A DNA stretch of 32,000 nt from Candidatus Hermodarchaeota archaeon (lineage in GTDB: Archaea > Asgardarchaeota > Heimdallarchaeia > Hodarchaeales > Hodarchaeaceae): the NCBI GenBank assembly GCA_048886185.1, contig JBHLKY010000006.1, positions 120,001-152,000 of the forward strand. The letters run 5' to 3'. Shown here one piece after another: positions 1 through 9,063 of this stretch; position 1 is the stretch's first letter; the number at the start of each line of letters is the position of its first letter. The position numbers and the translations under genes were made by a program. The notes under the pieces were generated by a model. That model was not told the origin of the DNA, searched no databases, and was given only the letters and a program-made list of their open reading frames with translations.

Positions 1-273
1 TCTTTTGACTATTTCATTACGTAAAGTAGGATCCCCTGCTGAATCACTATAGTAGTTAGCTTTATCTTTTGTTATTGCTTCAACTAAGGCATCTTTCAGG
101 AAGTCAGGAGTGTCAAAATCAAATTTATCAGGATCACCAATATTAAAGTAAAAGAGTTTTTTTCCCTGTTTTTCGATCTTTTTAGCTAAAATTACAATAT
201 CTCTAATCGCATATTTAATATTGAGAACATTAGGAGAGAGTTCCATTGGTCTACCTTCTTCAACTGCTGACAT
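1..273 (-). CDS. alaA: Alanine aminotransferase (class I/II PLP aminotransferase), N-terminal part; runs off the window edge
   Basis: Manual translation from ATG at 273: MSAVEEGRPMELSPNVLNIKYAIRDIVILAKKIEKQGKKLFYFNIGDPDKFDFDTPDFLKDALVEAITKDKANYYSDSAGDPTLRNEIVKR. The YAIRD..., NIGDP.KFDF and YY.DS.G...LR motifs match the Thermococcales AlaAT/AlaA N-terminus. Not in the supplied ORF track. Confidence 0.85.
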   Translation of the reverse strand, partial: MSAVEEGRPMELSPNVLNIKYAIRDIVILAKKIEKQGKKLFYFNIGDPDKFDFDTPDFLKDALVEAITKDKANYYSDSAGDPTLRNEIVKR

Positions 274-702
274 GCAGTTCTCTAGGTTAAAATGAGACAA
301 AAAAATCTGAAAGAACAGTAAACACGACTTAATTACTTTATTTAATCAACAGTTACTTAAACTCTTCTATTCCTCTAGTCATGATTCCTTCGACTTCCTG
401 ATATTTTATTTCAAGTCCCAATTGATAATATAAGTCTTTTTCTTAATCTGGCACTTTCAATTTTCACAAAAATCTATTAATAGTATTGATAGCTCAAAAG
501 AGATATTTTTAACTCTTCATCAACTAAAATTTTTCTTAAAGAATCATAGAGGGAAAATTCTTATATTTTGTTGGATTATGACTATTATAAAACTAGTGTT
601 GTCCTTACCACAAAAGAATGGATTTTTCTTTTGCAAGCCTTTTTTAATTTTTATAAATTTAGGATGATTAATTAGCAGTAATAGCTGAAGAAGGTAATAT
701 CT

Positions 703-1392
703 GTGAGTACTGATGTAGAATCATTATCTGTACTTATTACGTCTATTGTAGATCTGGGGGCTAAAATTTGTGTTTTATCTGACATTTCAGGGTTACCAAT
801 TGTTACCCGTTCGAAAATAGAGACAGAAGATGTCGAAATCGCGCTTAGTGCTCTCAGTAGTCTTGTTATTTCGACTGGAGACACCATTGGTCGCGAGTTA
901 GATGGAAATTTTGTGAATATGTCTGTTAGAACAAGTGGGGGATTACTCCTTTCTACTGTAATAGATTCAAACCCTAAGGTAGTTCTTACTGCAATTGTAG
1001 ATGAAAATCTCGAAACAACAATCATTCATGAAATGAAACGCTTACAACCCATTATCTCCAATGCGATTGAAGGAGTTGCCATCGAAATTAAAGAACGTGA
1101 AAAACTTCAAGCTCCAGATCAGAGAAAAATACTCACTTTTTTTGATTCATTTCAGTACAAAGTAAAACAAGCTCAAACACCGAGTGATCTAGTCAGTATC
1201 ACACGAGCAGCGAAAGATGACCTATTTACACTTGTAAATTCTGGTACAATATCATATGAAATGAACCAATTCGCCCTTAGATTAGAGAAGCAAGTGCGAA
1301 TTAAATCCATTGATTCGGAAACTCTTTTAAAAATTAAACAGGCAATCAATACAGCTGTTGAAGACTGGAAAAAACGACTTCTACCAATGTAA
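703..1392 (+). CDS. Roadblock/LC7 (MglB-like) domain protein with a C-terminal helical extension
   Basis: LSDISGLPIV ... LSALSSLVISTGDTIGREL ... VRTSGGLLL ... VLTAIVD is the Roadblock pattern. The last ~100 aa are an unassigned helical domain. GTG start with GAAGGT upstream. Confidence 0.8.
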   Translation: MSTDVESLSVLITSIVDLGAKICVLSDISGLPIVTRSKIETEDVEIALSALSSLVISTGDTIGRELDGNFVNMSVRTSGGLLLSTVIDSNPKVVLTAIVDENLETTIIHEMKRLQPIISNAIEGVAIEIKEREKLQAPDQRKILTFFDSFQYKVKQAQTPSDLVSITRAAKDDLFTLVNSGTISYEMNQFALRLEKQVRIKSIDSETLLKIKQAINTAVEDWKKRLLPM

Positions 1393-2287
1393 ACACTTTT
1401 CTAACAGTTTTTCTTAAAAAAAGTTATTAGCTATCTGTTATTAATTGAGAAGTTGCCACATTGATAGTAGTTGGCACTCCATTATTTGATTCTAAAGCAA
1501 ACACCTTTTATTTAGAAGTTCAGCCAACAAGGAAACTCCAAAATGGAAATAAGAGAACTAGCAAATTTAAAATCGCAATAAGAGATATTTTCATATAATC
1601 TAAGTAGTCTCAAAGTGTATTTTTCAAGAACTGGCAGGTAAGATTTTTGTTAGAGGCCAACAACAATATATCTCTAGCTACTTTAGTGCTTGAAAATTGT
1701 TTCAAAGTTCCCCGCCATCTCATGCTTTGGTTATCACTAGGACTTTCCTCATCCATGATTTGAAAGTTCCTCATGAGATATCACTTTCACATACCCTCAA
1801 GTCATTGCCTCATGTTAGGGCATCCACCTGTCAAAGTAAAAAACGATGAAAAAGGCTCTATTTTCGTAAAAAAAAGAATCATTTATACGGGAAAGCTTAT
1901 AATATTGTGTGTAATATTCTTATACAAGAAAAGAAAAGGCTTCAGTTCGTTTAACTATCTTCTTATGGTTATCGCACCTGCCCTTTTCTTTTCTCACCTT
2001 TTCTCTATATTTTTATTTGTTTTATTTAGTTCCTATCATTTTTAGCTATGGTTAGTTTATCTATTCTTAAGTGTCAAGGGTGTGTAGAAGTAATCCAGCA
2101 ATATTTTTTTTGTCGGCTTCATTTCTTTCAAACTATCTCTCTCTGGATTTTTAACCTTATCATAAAACGACAAAAATGATAAAAAATATGTATTAAGAAT
2201 GTTCTCCCTCGGTATTACTAAAAATTTGAAAAATGTATACATAATCATTGTGAAAACCAAGCATTAGCCTTAGAAGATTGAATGGAG

Positions 2288-2992
2288 TTATTCTGCAGCA
2301 AGACCAATCAGAAAGTTCATAATTGAACTAGCATTATCTGCACTTTCTCGCTGGATACCACAATTTGCACAAACAGAATACATTAAGCCATGGCTTTTTC
2401 CCCAGTAGTTAATTTTATAAGTACCCTGCCAATACTTCCCTCCACATTCACAATCATCATTGGGAGACTCCATGAAATTAGTTTCTACCTGTCGTACCTG
2501 ACCAACGACCTTACGAAGATAAATACTGGGATTACTAATTTTGTGAATACTTTCAGGATCGAATCTTGTTTCTAAAAATGTGATTTGGCTTATATGGGAG
2601 TATTGGCTAGTATAATCTATCTGGAGTAATTCTGGCGTTAAAATTCCGTTGGTTACAAATATAAAATGAATCTCTTCCATGTTTTCTACGCGAGTTTTTG
2701 TTAAACTATCATGTAGGGCAATATCTCCTGGAAAGTGAGCTACTAATTCTTCTGACTCAACTGACTTTACAAAAGTTTTTCTACTATTAGGATCTAATGT
2801 AAATATATCTGCAATTTCTCCATTTATCAATGGGATAAATGGCTTTATGTCATCTCGTGAGGCTAATGGGGTGGTTGTTCGTGATAATACATGATGAGCA
2901 ATCCTATGGCTATTCGTTTTTAAATAATCAATTATTACTCTAAGATATAAGAATCGTTTCCTGCCAGAGGAGGAACTTCTAGCTTCAAACAT
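2288..2992 (-). CDS. Hypothetical protein with a C-terminal YgiT/MqsA-type zinc ribbon
   Basis: 234-aa ORF with ATG start. CECGG...CANCG knuckle pair near the C-terminus; the alpha/beta N-terminal part is unassigned. Confidence 0.65.
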   Translation of the reverse strand: MFEARSSSSGRKRFLYLRVIIDYLKTNSHRIAHHVLSRTTTPLASRDDIKPFIPLINGEIADIFTLDPNSRKTFVKSVESEELVAHFPGDIALHDSLTKTRVENMEEIHFIFVTNGILTPELLQIDYTSQYSHISQITFLETRFDPESIHKISNPSIYLRKVVGQVRQVETNFMESPNDDCECGGKYWQGTYKINYWGKSHGLMYSVCANCGIQRESADNASSIMNFLIGLAAE

Positions 2993-3169
2993 GTATATTT
3001 ACTCCTTCTACTCTTATATGAAAACCTTTAGCACTCTAACTTTTCAACGTTTGTTTTTTAAATTGCATATGTAGCAATTCTCCACAAGTACTTAAATATG
3101 AAGAAAAAACCTCGTTCTAATATATTTCAACATTTGATAAAAATAGAAGTATCATTTAGGGTTATTTTG

Positions 3170-4342
3170 ATGTCTTTTTCACAGTCATCAAAGCGAATTC
3201 TAGTTATTGGCAGAGAAGTTGGACCTATCACGCAGTTACTTAAAGAAAGAATTCCCAAGGTTTCAGTAGGCGCGGTTGACGTGTTAGGGAACAGAGAAAC
3301 CCGTTTTTTTGCTGACTGGAAATTTTCAGTCGAAAAACAATCTCCCAATGTTGCGATTTTCCGTCCAAAACATCGGTCGCTTCTTGAGCTATTATATGAA
3401 TTGACCTTAGTTATGTTGGAGGATTTGGAATTTGATTTATTGATTCCTCTAACCCCTTTTCAAACCAAACCGGAATATATCAAAAAATTATCTCGGAAAG
3501 TAGAGGTCTATGCTCCTAATTATTATTCCTTAGAAAAATTTTCTTCTGCTTACTCATTTTTAAGATCTATTCAAGCTATTTTTCCTGAAACTATTCCTCA
3601 AAAAACTACTATCTCTGATTTATCAGAGAAATCTTCAATTAGATTTCCAGTAATTTATGTTTCGATCCATAAAACGCATTTTTTTCCTTCCAAAGAGTCT
3701 TTTCCATCGATTAGAACTTTTAACCAGCCAGGTTTCCTTTTTCCTTATTTTCAAATTTATTGTGCCTTTTTCATTGGCCTACAAAACTGTGTGAGATTCC
3801 TTGGATTACAAATGCTTTCCATTCCACACGATCATACTTTCTTTTTTGACCAACTTGAGAGAAATGCTCTTCTACCTTTTTCTTTACCCAAGGGTTTTAC
3901 ATATCAGAGAATTATAACGTACTTATCAACCATAATAAGTCAATTAAGAGTCACTGGTATGATTACTATTTACTTTGGACTATACAAAGACGATATTTTT
4001 CCTTTATCATGCAATATCCTGCCTGATGAGAATTTTGACCTTTGGGAGAGAAGATCTCTAAATACACTAATAAACTATTTTTTTTCTCCAGAAGATGAAT
4101 CATATCCTCACTCATCATCTCATAATTTCGCATTTAAACTCCCTATATATTCTCAACGATCTATTAGAATTCCTTTCTTACCCGAAACCCTTTGCGTTCA
4201 ACGAAATTTAAAAGGGGGAATTTCACATCCAGATTATCCACTCTGCGCCATTTCAGGATCAGCTTCCTCATCTTTAGAAGCAAATCAGATTCTTCACGAA
4301 AAGAAAAAGGAGCTCCTAAAAATTATTCCTTCTAAAACTTAA
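3170..4342 (+). CDS. ATP-grasp superfamily protein (COG2232-like), apparently degenerate
   Basis: The ORF is open from 3098, but ATG 3170 (MSFSQSSKRILVIG) is the more plausible start. ILVIG...VGAVDVLGNRETRFFAD resembles the COG2232 N-terminus (AVD.FGD.D), and HPDYPLCAISG...EA resembles its C-terminus. The E-x-N-x-R motif is not retained (SCNILPD). Confidence 0.55.
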   Translation: MSFSQSSKRILVIGREVGPITQLLKERIPKVSVGAVDVLGNRETRFFADWKFSVEKQSPNVAIFRPKHRSLLELLYELTLVMLEDLEFDLLIPLTPFQTKPEYIKKLSRKVEVYAPNYYSLEKFSSAYSFLRSIQAIFPETIPQKTTISDLSEKSSIRFPVIYVSIHKTHFFPSKESFPSIRTFNQPGFLFPYFQIYCAFFIGLQNCVRFLGLQMLSIPHDHTFFFDQLERNALLPFSLPKGFTYQRIITYLSTIISQLRVTGMITIYFGLYKDDIFPLSCNILPDENFDLWERRSLNTLINYFFSPEDESYPHSSSHNFAFKLPIYSQRSIRIPFLPETLCVQRNLKGGISHPDYPLCAISGSASSSLEANQILHEKKKELLKIIPSKT

Positions 4343-4627
4343 GATAATAATTATAGCTTATGATAGGTATTGTAATGTTTCTTTCTTTTAGTAAATTGCG
4401 TATGCAGTGAAGAATGATTAATTAGCAGCATTTTCTGGAAAACTAAAGCTTCTTATGATAAATTAGATGTGAAAATTATCAATGGAGTTTTTATTGTGAA
4501 TATTCTCCGTATTATATTGCTTAAGAAAGAAGAAAAAAGACATAGTAGCCTCTATTAATCATTTTAAAGCAATAGAAAAAGGAAACCTTTATGAATCATA
4601 TTTTTCCCAAGACATGTAGGTGTTAAA

Positions 4628-5035
4628 GTGGTTGGAACTGATTCATCAGCTAATTTTGTAGGAGATGCGTTTAAAAAATGCAGTCCTGAACTCGCTTTCC
4701 GATTTTTTGGAAGTAATGGCAAAGTGATAGCAACAATTTCGAATTTATCAGAATTGATCTCTACTTTACCCGAGATTCCAGCCACAATTGCCCAATTTCA
4801 TATCTTTCGTGAAACAACTCAAGATCTTTTTGAATCCAAAGAACTTGATGGGCCTGTTGTACGTTCAGATCTCGCTTTATGGATAAATTATGTCTTGGGT
4901 GACGCAGAACTCTCTCGTAGAGTATATGAAATCGGAAAAACTGAATCTAGTCATCCAGAATCTCTTAAAAAGCAAATTATTGAGTTATTAAAACAGCGAG
5001 AGCGGGAACTAATCAATTTAATACGTCCATCTTAA
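4628..5035 (+). CDS. Small DUF5752-like domain protein
   Basis: AFRF...IATISNLSELISTLPEIPATIAQFH...SDLALWINYVLGDAELSRRV matches the F.F...A.NL.EL...L..VP..S..FH....DF..WI...LGD..LA pattern. Confidence 0.6.
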   Translation: MVGTDSSANFVGDAFKKCSPELAFRFFGSNGKVIATISNLSELISTLPEIPATIAQFHIFRETTQDLFESKELDGPVVRSDLALWINYVLGDAELSRRVYEIGKTESSHPESLKKQIIELLKQRERELINLIRPS

Positions 5036-5242
5036 GATCTACTCCGAAGTAATGGAAATTTTACTGAAATTTTTTCTATAATTATTTGAAATCCTGTTCC
5101 AATAAACAGAGTTTCTTCTCAGAAAATTGTTATTACTTGTAATAGGAGATTAGGCATCTTAGAGGCTAGTAAAAACAATCTGCCAAACTTTCAAAAAATA
5201 TCATAGATTCAATAACTTAAACGCTTTAAGGGAAAAAATGGT

Positions 5243-6487
5243 GTGGATATGTCTATTTTTCGGCGAATATTTCGTATAGATCCTCAACGTGACTTCTCAA
5301 AAGGACGAGAGGCATTTGATCAAGGAATGTATGCTTTGGCTTCTAAAATATTTCAGAAAACTTACAAACAATTTGACACGATCGATATGAAGCTCGTTTC
5401 TCTAGAGAATGCTGCAATTGCCGCAGAATATGCTGATATGTTTGAGAAATCATTAGAGCTGTATTACCAAACTGTTCTCCTAAAATTACAAACAGGCCAA
5501 CCTCCCAAAGAAGTCTTACACGATATTGATAAAGCTATAAATATGGCACGACAAAGCGAAAAATCCTCTTTTCCTATTAATAGACTTTTCTTTATGAAAT
5601 TCTTAATATTACTCTCTGAAAAAGATTTTGATCAGTTAGCATCCTATTATAGAAAATTATCATACGATTTTTCTGACAAATATCAGGATGCTATTGAGAA
5701 AAGTTGGACTTTAATACATTCTACTGAAACGTTTGCGAAAAAAGAATCACTTCCTCAGGTTGACCTTCCAGAAGAATTCTACAGCATTTTAGATGTGGCA
5801 GAGAAAGTTATGCAAAGATGTTCATTATGTGAAATCAGTTTAAGCATTATTGATCAACCCGAGAATATTCAAAAGGGTACTAGTTTTTCAATATCGGCAA
5901 CACTGACCTCACATTCAAATTTATCCATAAAAACGATTAATCTCAAAACAGGAACACGAGGTAGGATTTTAAATTCATCAACGCCTAATCTTCCATTAAA
6001 AATGAGCACAGGTGAAAATTATTCTATTATATTCACTTTAATTCCCAATTTACCTGGGGAGTGGTTGTTAGGTCCATTATCTTTAACTTATTCCATCCCA
6101 TCAGAATCAGGGAAATTTCCTGTAACATCGGAACCAATATCGCTGATGGTTAAAGATGCAGAGCCTGCCTTGAAATTAACAATGGACTCAAAAACTATAG
6201 AAGAAGATCACGAATATATAATAACAATTTCAGTTGAGAATGTTGGAAAAACGTCCCTTCAAAATATTAAAATAATTTCAGACATTCCTGAAGGCATTAA
6301 AATTCATGAAGGTACAAAAGAGAAATATATTAGTGCTTTAGGAGAAGGAGAGTCATTTCAATACGAAATACTTATTCGCTTCGAACTAGATAAAACTCAT
6401 TTTTCAGGGTATATAGTTAAAGCAAATGGATTCATTGAGGATAATCAAAGATTAGCCAAATGCTCTATCAAACTTGGAGGGAGGTAA
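5243..6487 (+). CDS. Cytosolic TPR/alpha-solenoid protein with two C-terminal Ig-like beta-sandwich domains
   Basis: The N-terminal ~190 aa are helical with TPR-like repeats (KGREAFDQGMYALASKIF; ENAAIAAEYADMFEKSLELY). They are followed by two Ig-like units (FSISATLTSHS...FTLIPNLPGEWLLGPLSLTY; ITISVENVGKTSLQNIKIISDIPEG). No signal peptide or TM segment. Confidence 0.7.
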   Translation: MDMSIFRRIFRIDPQRDFSKGREAFDQGMYALASKIFQKTYKQFDTIDMKLVSLENAAIAAEYADMFEKSLELYYQTVLLKLQTGQPPKEVLHDIDKAINMARQSEKSSFPINRLFFMKFLILLSEKDFDQLASYYRKLSYDFSDKYQDAIEKSWTLIHSTETFAKKESLPQVDLPEEFYSILDVAEKVMQRCSLCEISLSIIDQPENIQKGTSFSISATLTSHSNLSIKTINLKTGTRGRILNSSTPNLPLKMSTGENYSIIFTLIPNLPGEWLLGPLSLTYSIPSESGKFPVTSEPISLMVKDAEPALKLTMDSKTIEEDHEYIITISVENVGKTSLQNIKIISDIPEGIKIHEGTKEKYISALGEGESFQYEILIRFELDKTHFSGYIVKANGFIEDNQRLAKCSIKLGGR

Positions 6488-6614
6488 ATCCTCTTCAATG
6501 TTGAAAATACTTGACAAAACCTGAAATGCAAAGTAAAAGCAATCTTCTTGGTTTTTTTCACCAATAAAGATTTCTAATCAATTACGACTGATTGAATTAC
6601 ATCAGTGTAATTAA

Positions 6615-8792
6615 TCAGCCTGATCGAAGGCCAAGTCTAGCAATAAACGTGGAATAAAAGTCAAAGCAGTCAACTGATTCTTTTTCATCTAATGTGATCG
6701 AAGAATGAACGATTCTGTTTCTTAAATTCCGAAAATGGGCTATTTTTTTCTCACTGGGGAGATCAAAACCTCTCTTTCGGAGACTAACTACCTGAAATTG
6801 AAAATCAGGTTTTGAATAAATGGAATTTAGCACTAATTGCTGGAATCGAGTGGATAAAAGATTTTTGACTGCTGCATCAGCTTTTATTACAAATAGCTCA
6901 TAGTTGTTTTCTTTAAAAGCATGTTTAGCTTGATTCCACAGAACTCTGACATAATTTATATTTTTTAACGCTTGGTTGGGATCTAAACTCTGACTAATAA
7001 TCTGTTTATGAGATGACTCTGGATAGTTCAGTATGACATAAGAAATCCTATCAACAACCTGACTATAACTAATATATGAAGAGACATTAACAATTAAGAC
7101 AATAATTGTTAGTATCATTGTTGGGACAATTAATACAATAAACAATGCTGTTGAGTTAGGGACATCAAAAGGAAGCAAGTGGATGGAAAAAAGAGAAAAA
7201 CCAAGAAGATTCAGAACATCAAATATAATTAATCCAATTAGAATATATAAAAACCACTCATATTTTCTGTGAAGACGTTTGGAGATTACAAGTGTTTCCT
7301 TTTCGGACGATTCAATGAAATTTAATATCCCAAATGTTTTAAATGGAATGTTTGTTATTGGAATCAAAATGGATGTGTTTGGAACCTCTTTTATTTTGAA
7401 AATTCCCCGAAGACTGTTTCCTAAGATTTTATATATTTCTGGTAATGAAGTTGGAACAGACCACTGATTCATTCGATACCATTTCCCTTTTGAATCTAGA
7501 TATATTAGATATGATGGAATGAAACCTAATAATAGAATGGTTAGGATGATGGAGGGGAAACTCCATACGAATGGTTTGGGCAAACTGTATTCAAAATAAA
7601 TATAGAATTTTCCTACTGCATTCGATAGAGGAGAGACTTTTAAATAGTATTTACCTGCTTCATTCAGTTTTAAGGAGATGTTAAATTGTTTATCAACAAT
7701 CTGATTGTATTCTTCACCAATATAAGGCCGTTCCTGTTTCCCTCCGTCAAAAATTTCGACCGTGGCGTCTTCTAAAATCCTAGCTTCAGCAGAATCTGGC
7801 CCAAATACTCTAATGAAAACATTTGCTCTACTCGAGTTTACCATAAACCAAAAATAAAAGGGTTTCCTAGGAGAAAAGCCTTGATTAACTCGGATTGATA
7901 CAGTTTGGTTAAAAAATAGCTTTCCTGCTGTTTCAAAACTATATAGATCACGCTCAGCAATTAATGATATGTTATATTCACCTACAGATGAAACATCTTG
8001 TGGATTATGTCTGATCACAACGTAATAAGTATCAGTGCTATATGCATTCCAAGAATAGTTCCAATATCCATCTGAACCCGTCCTGAACTTCGTTTGAGGA
8101 TATACAGGGTTTTGGGGGTGTCCCTGTTGATAAATTGCTATTTCAGCATCATAAAGAACACTGGGTTTTGTTTCTTTTAAAATAATGGTTGCATTTTGAT
8201 TGTCGTGTAAGAATGTTTTCCAATACTGGGTCTCATGATCTACAGTAAAATTTCCAACTGAAATTGATTCATCTAGTCCTATTGCAGAAGTTTCATCAAA
8301 CCCAGTCCTTGGCATACTGACCAAAATGTTATAAGAGACATTTCCATTTCCAATATTATTTGTATAGTCTACCTGTAACTTCCAAGTACCTGTAACCGAT
8401 GCTTTCCATACTCCTAAAAACTTAGTAGGATGGATTTGTCTCTCAATCTCAAATTTAGTTCCTGAAGGATTGAATAGCGTCACATTATAATTTAAATCAG
8501 GAGCAATTGAAAAAAAGATAACTTTCCCTTTAGGGATGTTCTCAAGAAACCAATTATGAGACAAAGAAGTATTAGTAAAGAATGCTATTTTAGGAATTCC
8601 GTGGTTGAGAGTAGTCTGATTTAATGAATTACTTATCTTATTATAGAGATCTAATTCCATATCGGAAGTAGAGTTCGTGGGAAGTGGAGGAACCCTTATT
8701 GCTAAAAATATTAAAACCATTCCTACAACGAGGAGTATTTTAAGCTTTTTATTGATGCCATTCATGGGTTTAAATCCGTAGAAAGGGGTCAT
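6615..8792 (-). CDS. Multi-pass membrane protein with extracellular PPC-like repeats and a C-terminal HEPN domain
   Basis: N-terminal signal anchor (~aa 19-35). About three beta-sandwich repeats, each ending G.Y.L.V...G.Y.I, carry 12 N-x-S/T sequons. TMs at ~408-433, ~513-538 and ~549-571. The C-terminal helical domain has AKHAFKENNY and R691-NRIV-H696 (nt 6722-6705). Confidence 0.8.
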   Translation of the reverse strand: MTPFYGFKPMNGINKKLKILLVVGMVLIFLAIRVPPLPTNSTSDMELDLYNKISNSLNQTTLNHGIPKIAFFTNTSLSHNWFLENIPKGKVIFFSIAPDLNYNVTLFNPSGTKFEIERQIHPTKFLGVWKASVTGTWKLQVDYTNNIGNGNVSYNILVSMPRTGFDETSAIGLDESISVGNFTVDHETQYWKTFLHDNQNATIILKETKPSVLYDAEIAIYQQGHPQNPVYPQTKFRTGSDGYWNYSWNAYSTDTYYVVIRHNPQDVSSVGEYNISLIAERDLYSFETAGKLFFNQTVSIRVNQGFSPRKPFYFWFMVNSSRANVFIRVFGPDSAEARILEDATVEIFDGGKQERPYIGEEYNQIVDKQFNISLKLNEAGKYYLKVSPLSNAVGKFYIYFEYSLPKPFVWSFPSIILTILLLGFIPSYLIYLDSKGKWYRMNQWSVPTSLPEIYKILGNSLRGIFKIKEVPNTSILIPITNIPFKTFGILNFIESSEKETLVISKRLHRKYEWFLYILIGLIIFDVLNLLGFSLFSIHLLPFDVPNSTALFIVLIVPTMILTIIVLIVNVSSYISYSQVVDRISYVILNYPESSHKQIISQSLDPNQALKNINYVRVLWNQAKHAFKENNYELFVIKADAAVKNLLSTRFQQLVLNSIYSKPDFQFQVVSLRKRGFDLPSEKKIAHFRNLRNRIVHSSITLDEKESVDCFDFYSTFIARLGLRSG

Positions 8793-9063
8793 AGAATCAT
8801 CAGTTATTCAATTAATTTCTTTGAGGACTATTTTCTACCGTTTTGAATATAAAACATTCTTTCTAGCTTAAATGAATATAATGATTATCCATATTAACAA
8901 AATACCTTTTATATACTATTGTTAAAAAATGAATCAATATCCCCTTTTGATTAACTTAATATAGTTCTCGGATGACTATTCATAAAGATGATTAGAACAG
9001 AAGTAATTCCAAGTTAAATAAGAAAAAAAAGTTTGAAATAAGCCAATGTGAGTTTGGAAGAGA

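Noticed and set aside
353-560. Protein-like fragments on the minus strand (YDSLRKILVDEELK / VKIESARLRK / DLYYQLGLEIKYQEVEG), faintly GNAT-like
   Set aside because: Joining them needs two stops and a frameshift; too weak to call a pseudogene without homology search.
672-1025. Antisense ORF over the Roadblock gene, and similar shadow ORFs (e.g. 2390, 3127, 4564, 7279, 9978, 10361, 12500, 13270, 13805, 14790-15631, 17047, 17861, 18514, 24036, 26849, 28402-28735, 29438, 30262-30556, 31122)
   Set aside because: They overlap well-supported genes on the other strand or frame and lack independent motifs.
1520-1774. Minus-strand frame with an HTH-like stretch (STKVARDILLLASNKNLT) and an in-frame TGA; considered as a pseudogene or Sec readthrough
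   Set aside because: Only ~54 aa before the stop, no recognisable SECIS or redox motif, and the downstream sequence is not HTH-like.
1773-2260. ORFs 1773..2045 (+) and 2057..2260 (-)
   Set aside because: F/I/K-biased composition typical of AT-rich intergenic DNA, with no motifs.
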